Shown here: positions 57,957-64,000 of the stretch, piece after piece
Layout: each line of letters starts with the position of its first letter
Numbering within the stretch: the first letter of the stretch is position 1
NCBI GenBank assembly: GCA_047601445.1
Contig: JASGJH010000001.1
Coordinates: 6,240,001 to 6,304,000 of the forward strand
Origin: Myxococcales bacterium
GTDB taxonomy: Bacteria > Myxococcota_A > Polyangia > Polyangiales > DASUME01
Direction of reading: 5' to 3'
Length of the DNA: 64,000 bases
The notes under the pieces: generated by a model
Told to the model about the DNA's origin: nothing
What the model saw: only the letters and a program-made list of their open reading frames with translations
Database searches by the model: none
Position numbers and translations under genes: made by a program

Positions 57957-59549
57957 TCAGGGGGTGGAAGCGCGCAGCCGGATCGTCAGGCCCTCGGAGG
58001 CCAACGTCGGTGCCTGCGGGCTCCCCGCTACCAACAGGCTCAAGCGCCCCGCGTCCACGCCGCGTGCCAACAAGGCGGCCCCCACCGCCTGCACCCGGCC
58101 CTGGGCGAGCTCGAGCGACTCCGCCCACAGCGTGAGCTCGGCGCTCAAGCGCGGACGCGCCGCCAGCAAGGCCGCGACGTCGTCGAGCACCGCCTCCGAC
58201 CCTGCTGCGAGCTGCGCCCCCACGAACGTGAGCGGAGAGGCCAGGGCGATCTGGTCGCCCACGAAGCGCGCGTGGGCGCGGCAGCCCGCATGGGCCGGAG
58301 AGCCCGTCACGTCGGGGCAGGCGTCTGCGTCGTCATCGAGACCGTCGGAGTCGAGGTCACGCTCGGGGCAGCCATCCAGGTCGCGCGCGCCATTGAAGTT
58401 CTCGGGATCCTCTGGACAGCGATCGCTGGCGTCGGGAATGCCATCCGCGTCCGCGTCCGCGACGGGGCAGCCATGGACGGGCTCGCCGGGTTGCGAGGGA
58501 CAGTGGTCGAGTTCGTCGGGCACGCCATCTGCGTCGTTGTCTTGATCCGTGCAGCCGTCGGTGTCCTCGAAGCCATCCAGGTCCTCGCGTTGCTGGGGAC
58601 ACTCGTCGTCTGCGTCGGCCACCCAGTCGTGGTCCTGGTCGATCACCTTGGGGGCGGCCGGGGCCGGCGGAGGCGCGGGTCTCGGCTCGAGGCCGAGGCT
58701 GAACAGGGCCCGAAAGGCGGGCTCTCCCAGCGCGCTGCTCAGACCCGTGCCCAGGGCGAGGCCCGAGCGCATGCGTACGGCGCCGGTGTCGGCCGTGTAC
58801 CGTCCTCCGAGCAAGAGGTCGAGGGTATCGGCCGCGGATGGTCCCGCGCGGTCCCGCAGGCCCAGCGCTCCGAAGGCCTCTAGCAAGAGCTCGAGCCCGT
58901 GCCGAGCGGACACGCGCACGAGCGCACCCCACTCGAGCTCGTTGCCGATGCGGGCCGAGGCGTAATCGCGGGGCGGTCGGTACAAAAAGCCGCCGTTCAG
59001 GGTGAACGAGAGGGGGCCGTGCACGTACTCCGCCAGGCCCTGCACGCGCGGGGCAAGCGCCGAGTCCCCTGCCAGCTGCCCGCGGTTCCCGCTCGGCGTC
59101 ACGAGCTCCGCGCGGGTCCCGAGCATGAAGCCACGCGCCGAGAACAAGCGTCCCGTGGCTCCGAGCGCGATATCGGAAAGCGCGAGCCCGCCCGGCGCAT
59201 TGAAAGCCGTCTGCTGATACACGACGTCATGCCCCAACGAGAGCACCGTGAGCGGCACTCGCGCGTAGACCTCGAGCACCTCCCATAGACCCACGGCCAT
59301 GGTGATCTGGGCGCCCAACCGCTGCGCCACCACGGCTTGCTCGCCCGGGTTCCGCAACACCAGTGGGCGCAGCGTGTAGTTTCCCACGAACTGCGCCGAC
59401 CACACCCCGTGCTCGAGCACCCCGGGGCGCGTGACCGAGAAGCCGTCGCGACTGGTGGGGGCGCTGACCCAGCGCTCGAGTCGAAAGCCCTCCGCCGGGG
59501 CGTACTGCGCCGCGCCCACGCTGCACACGAGCGAGCAGACGAGCAGCAC
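57957..59549 (-). CDS. Outer-membrane beta-barrel + TSP3 repeats + degenerate OmpA-like C-terminus
   Basis: Barrel-like alternating strands, DxDxDGxxDxxDxCP repeats, LAQGRVQAV...RGVDAGRL; start uncertain. Confidence 0.8.
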   Translation of the reverse strand: MLLVCSLVCSVGAAQYAPAEGFRLERWVSAPTSRDGFSVTRPGVLEHGVWSAQFVGNYTLRPLVLRNPGEQAVVAQRLGAQITMAVGLWEVLEVYARVPLTVLSLGHDVVYQQTAFNAPGGLALSDIALGATGRLFSARGFMLGTRAELVTPSGNRGQLAGDSALAPRVQGLAEYVHGPLSFTLNGGFLYRPPRDYASARIGNELEWGALVRVSARHGLELLLEAFGALGLRDRAGPSAADTLDLLLGGRYTADTGAVRMRSGLALGTGLSSALGEPAFRALFSLGLEPRPAPPPAPAAPKVIDQDHDWVADADDECPQQREDLDGFEDTDGCTDQDNDADGVPDELDHCPSQPGEPVHGCPVADADADGIPDASDRCPEDPENFNGARDLDGCPERDLDSDGLDDDADACPDVTGSPAHAGCRAHARFVGDQIALASPLTFVGAQLAAGSEAVLDDVAALLAARPRLSAELTLWAESLELAQGRVQAVGAALLARGVDAGRLSLLVAGSPQAPTLASEGLTIRLRASTP

Positions 59550-59610
59550 CCAGAGCCAGCTCGAGCGCGGGAGTAGACCTGGCGGAGATCATCCTGTGGG
59601 GGACAGGGTA

Positions 59611-60909
59611 CTACTTGGCGTGGCGATAGTGGGCCAGCACCGACGCAGAAGGATTCACCCGCACCACGCCCTGATCCGCGTCGACCAGCACCGTGTCGCC
59701 GTTGCGTACCCAGGCAAATAGCCCGGCCACCTCGGCCACGACGGGCAATCGCCCCGCCTTGGCCAGCGCGGCAGCCAAGGACTTCTCGTCCACGCTGCCG
59801 CCGACCACGATGCCCGACACGCCGCGCGCCACGGCCCACAACACCGTAAAGGCGCACAAGCGGTCGGCGACCACTGCCACGCTGCCCGGACCCGCGCCGC
59901 TGTCGCCCGCGGCATCTCCGGCCAGCCATAGGCAGAGCTCTTCGATCTCGCCGGCCCGTGCACTGAGCCAGGGGTCCACGCTGCCGTCGCCGCCCAGCAG
60001 GTAGGGAGCCGTGACGTACTCGCGCGCCACCTTGCGCAGGCCCGCGACGACGCCGAGCTCCACCGAGGCGTTCTGCATCAGCGAGAGCAGGCGTTGGTCT
60101 TGCAATGTGACCTGCAGGCCTGCCAGTGCGCGGCGGTTGTCCGGCGAGAGGTCAGCGTCCAGCCGCGCTCCCGTACGATGAATCTGCTCGTTTACCCGCG
60201 CGAGCGCGCTCTCGACGGCTTCGCGCGCCTTGGGACTCGGTCCCACCGGCTCCTGCAGTGCGCGGAAGGTCAGCGCGCTCTGGGCCTTGCCCACGGCGTG
60301 CCCGCGTCCCACGCGCAGACCCGTGAGTCGCGCCGAACGTCCTGGCTCCTGCTGATCGCCGCCGCCCGCGGGGCGGTGCAGGTTGCGGTCCAGGGCCAGC
60401 GTGAAGGGCGTAGCCAGCGCCGCGGCGAGCGCCACCTCGGCGGGCGTGAAATCGCCGTCGCGACGGCGCTGCAAGTTCAGCACGCCCACGGCCTTGCCGC
60501 CGATCACCAGCGGGATGGAAAGGAACGTGGGGAACGCTTCTTCGCCGAGGGACGGCACGTACTTGTAGTGGCTATCCTGCTCGGCAATGGCGGCCGAAAC
60601 GGGGCGCAGGCACTCGGCTGCGAAGCCGGTGATGCCCTCCCCGAGGTCGAGCTTGACGTTGCCCACCATCTCACTGGGAAAGCCTACGTTGGCGCGCATC
60701 ACGAAGGCGGTGCGGCCGTGCTCCACCTCGCGGACGTAGACGCTCACCACTTCCGCGTGAGCGATCGTCGCGACCTGCTCGCACATTCGCTGCAGCACCT
60801 CGGGCAACGGGGCGATTCGTGAGGATTCCTCGATCAGCGAGAGGATGCCGTCGATCCGGCGGTCCTCGCTGCCGTGCACTTGCATGCGGATGGGGCGCGT
60901 CGTGTCCAT
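59611..60909 (-). CDS. Truncated PtsP (EI-Ntr)-like protein: GAF, helical and swivel domains, no PEP-binding domain
   Basis: GEGITG...LGEE GAF; DPWLSARAGEI; KSLAAALAKAGRLPVV; GDTVLVDADQGVVRVNP. Confidence 0.82.
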   Translation of the reverse strand: MDTTRPIRMQVHGSEDRRIDGILSLIEESSRIAPLPEVLQRMCEQVATIAHAEVVSVYVREVEHGRTAFVMRANVGFPSEMVGNVKLDLGEGITGFAAECLRPVSAAIAEQDSHYKYVPSLGEEAFPTFLSIPLVIGGKAVGVLNLQRRRDGDFTPAEVALAAALATPFTLALDRNLHRPAGGGDQQEPGRSARLTGLRVGRGHAVGKAQSALTFRALQEPVGPSPKAREAVESALARVNEQIHRTGARLDADLSPDNRRALAGLQVTLQDQRLLSLMQNASVELGVVAGLRKVAREYVTAPYLLGGDGSVDPWLSARAGEIEELCLWLAGDAAGDSGAGPGSVAVVADRLCAFTVLWAVARGVSGIVVGGSVDEKSLAAALAKAGRLPVVAEVAGLFAWVRNGDTVLVDADQGVVRVNPSASVLAHYRHAK

Positions 60910-61059
60910 GTCGCAGGACGCAGCGTAGCAGCTTCAGGAGCCGCGAGGGAGCGCCGAAGCGTGGCCGTTTTTCACAGGGGTTTCGGAGCGTAAGGCAGCA
61001 TGCACCCGGCGAATTATCCGAGTAGAAACGTGGGGCCTAGCACGCTAAGAACCGCGCAC

Positions 61060-62643
61060 GTGACGGCGCGTCAGCTCAGCTTCGACGAGATCGAGATCGA
61101 CCTAGGGATCGATGAACCGGAGGACGAGGCGCTGATCCGTAGCCGTGTCGCCCGGCGCCTCGGCGTCGATGAGCACCAGTTGCCACCCCTGGAGCTCAAG
61201 AAGCGGGCGATCGATGCGCGAAAAGGGCGGATCCGTTTCCATCTCACGCTGGCCCCCGTGGACAGCTCACCACTGCCCAAGGGTGCTCCCGAGCCACGCG
61301 AGGTCGACCGGAACGCACGCGTCCTGATCGTCGGCGACGGCCCGTGCGGCCTGTTCTGCGCCTACGAGTTGGCTCGCCATGGCATCGGCTCGGTGGTGCT
61401 CGACCGCGGCAAGCCGGTGCAGCCGCGCCGCCGTGATCTCAAGGGGCTCACGCAGCACGGCCGGGTAGACGAGAACAGCAACTACTGCTTCGGCGAGGGC
61501 GGTGCCGGCACGTATAGCGACGGCAAGCTCTACACGCGCTCCCACAAGCGCGGCGACGTCCGCGATGTGCTCGAGCTGCTCGCCGTTCACGGCGCACCCG
61601 AGCGCATCCTGGTCGACGCGCGCCCGCACATCGGCTCGAACAAGCTGCCCAAGGTGATCACCGCCATGCGCGAGCACCTGGAGCGCCTGGGCGTGAGCTT
61701 CTTGTTCGATGCCCGCGTCACCGGCATCCGCAAGAACGCGCGCGGTCACGTGCAAGGCGTGGTTTTGGCCGATGGGCGCGAGCTCGCCTGCGAAGCCCTG
61801 GTGCTGGCCACGGGGCACTCCGCCCGTGACGTCTACGAGATGCTCGACGACGCCGGCGTGCGGCTGATCGCCAAGGGCTTCGCACTCGGGGTCCGCATCG
61901 AGCACCCGCAGCCGCTCATCAACCGCATCCAGTACGGTCGCTTCGCCAACCATCCGCGCTTGCCCAACGCCGCCTACCGCATCGCCCACACCGAAGGCGA
62001 GCGCGGGGTGTTCTCGTTCTGCATGTGCCCGGGTGGTTTCATCGTGCCCGCTGCGACCGAAGTCGATGGCCTCGTGGTCAACGGCATGAGCCTGTCGCGT
62101 CGTGATTCGCCATTCGCCAACTCGGGGCTCGTGGTCTCGGTGGAACCGAGTGACCTGACGCCCTTCGGCTTCAAGGGACCGCTCGGGGGCATCGCGTTCC
62201 AGCGTGCTATCGAGCAAGCCGCCAAGCGCGCCGGGGGCGGCGACCTGCGCGCCCCCGCCAGCCGAGTCACGGATTTTCTGGCCAAGCGCGCCTCGAACAG
62301 CGCGCCCGCCACCAGCTACGAGCCGGGCTTGATGCCCTGCAACGTGGCCGACGTGCTCGACTCCACGGGGCTCCAGCTGTCCGCGCGCGTGCGGCAGGCG
62401 CTCGAGGTGTTCGGCAAGCAAATGCGCGGCTACGTGAGCGACGATGGCGTGCTCGTGGGGGTCGAGTCCCGCACCAGTTCGCCCGTGCGTGTGCCGCGTG
62501 ATCCCGACAGCTTCGAGTCGCCCGATCTGCTCGGGCTGTATCCGGCGGGTGAGGGCGCCGGTTACGCGGGCGGCATCGTGAGCGCTGCCATGGATGGCAT
62601 GCGTGTGGCACGTGCAATCGCCCAAGTGATGAGCACAACGTAG
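61060..62643 (+). CDS. NAD(P)/FAD-dependent oxidoreductase (uncharacterised FAD-dependent dehydrogenase family)
   Basis: GDGPCG, FGEGGAGTYSDGKL, ATGHSARD, FCMCPGG and GEGAGYAGGIVSAAMDG; start uncertain. Confidence 0.92.
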   Translation: MTARQLSFDEIEIDLGIDEPEDEALIRSRVARRLGVDEHQLPPLELKKRAIDARKGRIRFHLTLAPVDSSPLPKGAPEPREVDRNARVLIVGDGPCGLFCAYELARHGIGSVVLDRGKPVQPRRRDLKGLTQHGRVDENSNYCFGEGGAGTYSDGKLYTRSHKRGDVRDVLELLAVHGAPERILVDARPHIGSNKLPKVITAMREHLERLGVSFLFDARVTGIRKNARGHVQGVVLADGRELACEALVLATGHSARDVYEMLDDAGVRLIAKGFALGVRIEHPQPLINRIQYGRFANHPRLPNAAYRIAHTEGERGVFSFCMCPGGFIVPAATEVDGLVVNGMSLSRRDSPFANSGLVVSVEPSDLTPFGFKGPLGGIAFQRAIEQAAKRAGGGDLRAPASRVTDFLAKRASNSAPATSYEPGLMPCNVADVLDSTGLQLSARVRQALEVFGKQMRGYVSDDGVLVGVESRTSSPVRVPRDPDSFESPDLLGLYPAGEGAGYAGGIVSAAMDGMRVARAIAQVMSTT

Positions 62644-62667
62644 GGTCTCGGACTAGCTTTGAAGTAC

Positions 62668-64000
62668 ATGCAGCGTCTGCTCTACGAGAAGCAACTGCGT
62701 TTGCAGCGCATGGAGATTCGACTGGTCGAGGCGCTGTTTCAGCACCCGGGCACCGTCGATCGCCGCACCGAGCACGAGCTGCGCTACGCGCTCTCCTTTG
62801 CTCAACTCGGTACCTTCCAGCCTGGGGCAGCCGCTCAGGGGCGTCGCAACCACCGACCGGACGTGGAGCTGCGTGACGTCGAGCTCACGCGTTTCCGCAA
62901 CCTCGTGCTGGAGCACTTCTCGCCGCTGTTGTTGAGTCGTCGCAGCGCGCGCGATCGCCTGGAGAAGACGGTGAGCGCGCTCGGTCGCATTCGGCGCGCT
63001 TTGCACGAGGCGCGCAGCGCGGTGATCCGCAACCACGCCAACGAGTTCAGCGCCCAGGAGCTCGATCTCGAGGTCGGCAAGAAGACCTTGGTCAGTGTTG
63101 CGGGAGGTGGTGGCGGCGCCGGCTACGTCTACGTGGGCGCCTGGGACGTGCTCCAGCAGGCGGGCCTCACTCCGGGCTACGTCCTCGGCTCTTCCATCGG
63201 GGCCGTGCTCGGTCTGTTTCGTTGCCTGCGCAAGCAGGCCGACTGGGACGACTACATGGCCTTCGCCAAGCACCTCAAGTTCGAGGAGGTGCTGCGTGTG
63301 ATGAGCTTCCGCGCACGCTACGGGCTGCCCGGCATCTTCCGGTTGTTTCTGCACGGGGCCATCGGCTCGGTGTTCAAGCTCGACCGCCGCAACATGCGCC
63401 TCAACGACCTCGAGATCCCCTTCGAGTGCGTGGTGGGCGGCATCCGGCGCGGCGCACTCGGTGAAACCCCGGACGAATACGGGCGCTCTCATCACCTGCC
63501 CGAAGACCAAAAGCTGAGCCCCTTCGCGCTGCGCGCTCAAATCGCCTCCCAGCTCGTGCGTATGGTGGGCTTCTTCAATCCCATCCTGGTGCGCGAGATC
63601 GTGATCGGCGGCGACGCCCTCACGCGCGAGTTCGACTGCGTGGATGCAGCGGGCTTCTCGGCGGCGGTGCCAGGCGTGCTCCACTACGACGTTACCCGCG
63701 ACGACGCGCGCATGCACGGCATCCTCGGCCAGCTGCTCGCGCGCGAGGACGTGGTGGCATTGATCGACGGAGGCGTGGCCAACAACGTGCCCGCGAACAC
63801 CGCCTTCCGTCGGGTTCAGGAGGGCGTGGTGGGCACCCGCAACTGCTTCTACCTGTGCTTCGATTCGCTGCGGCCCCAGACGCGCATCAGCCATCTCTGG
63901 TTCTCACCGCTGGCGCAGATCGTGGCCCTGCAAGTGGCCCTCCATCAGCGCTACATGCACCGGCACATCCGCTTCAAACCCACCTTGTCGGTGATCAACG
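62668..64000 (+). CDS. Patatin-like phospholipase (partial, runs off the window)
   Basis: Own translation from ATG 62668: AGGGGGAG oxyanion motif, GSSIG nucleophile, IDGGVANN. Confidence 0.88.
   Translation, partial: MQRLLYEKQLRLQRMEIRLVEALFQHPGTVDRRTEHELRYALSFAQLGTFQPGAAAQGRRNHRPDVELRDVELTRFRNLVLEHFSPLLLSRRSARDRLEKTVSALGRIRRALHEARSAVIRNHANEFSAQELDLEVGKKTLVSVAGGGGGAGYVYVGAWDVLQQAGLTPGYVLGSSIGAVLGLFRCLRKQADWDDYMAFAKHLKFEEVLRVMSFRARYGLPGIFRLFLHGAIGSVFKLDRRNMRLNDLEIPFECVVGGIRRGALGETPDEYGRSHHLPEDQKLSPFALRAQIASQLVRMVGFFNPILVREIVIGGDALTREFDCVDAAGFSAAVPGVLHYDVTRDDARMHGILGQLLAREDVVALIDGGVANNVPANTAFRRVQEGVVGTRNCFYLCFDSLRPQTRISHLWFSPLAQIVALQVALHQRYMHRHIRFKPTLSVIN

Noticed and set aside
59549..59592. 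Possible +1 frameshift just after an upstream ATG of the OmpA-like gene (similar case at 33059-33075)
   Set aside because: In-frame GTG starts explain both genes; cannot be resolved without reads

Overview
GC-rich bacterial chromosome segment. The gene content (many Cys-rich lipoproteins, membrane Ser/Thr kinase, FHA, TPR-PEGA and TSP3-OmpA proteins) suggests Myxococcota, probably Polyangiales-like; this is inference. 1-5.7 kb: aldo/keto reductase, membrane GAF-GAF-GGDEF cyclase, ftsB-like gene and an AcoR-type GAF protein. 5.9-16.1 kb: six consecutive minus-strand lipoproteins (VWA, Ig/carboxypeptidase-regulatory-like, IPT-Kelch-MopE, HExxH metalloprotease, DUF3494 ice-binding-like with (GD)19 and EGF, hypothetical). 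16.5-33 kb: an internally deleted AAA-ATPase pseudogene, assorted enzymes and regulators, a histone-like/DUF6321-like gene, and a TetR-controlled MaoC-FabG4-thiolase operon with visible operators. 33.5-48.9 kb, the most striking locus: a ~3250-aa lipoprotein-signal Rhs toxin (PQQ-like propeller, phage-spike-like module, SpvB/FG-GAP/YD shell, Ntox30-type tip) with its immunity gene. It is followed by an IS66 with three left ends and one right end, an orphan alternative toxin tip with immunity gene, a second IS66 relic and a 16-bp repeat array. 49-57.6 kb: FHA, TPR-PEGA and two paralogous Cys-rich lipoproteins, divergent from HTH, Ser/Thr kinase, a frameshifted secretin and a TPR lipoprotein. 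57.7-64 kb: tRNA-Ala(CGC), an OmpA/TSP3 protein, a truncated His-less PtsP-like protein, an FAD oxidoreductase and a partial patatin. All family assignments come from motif recognition by eye; no searches were run.
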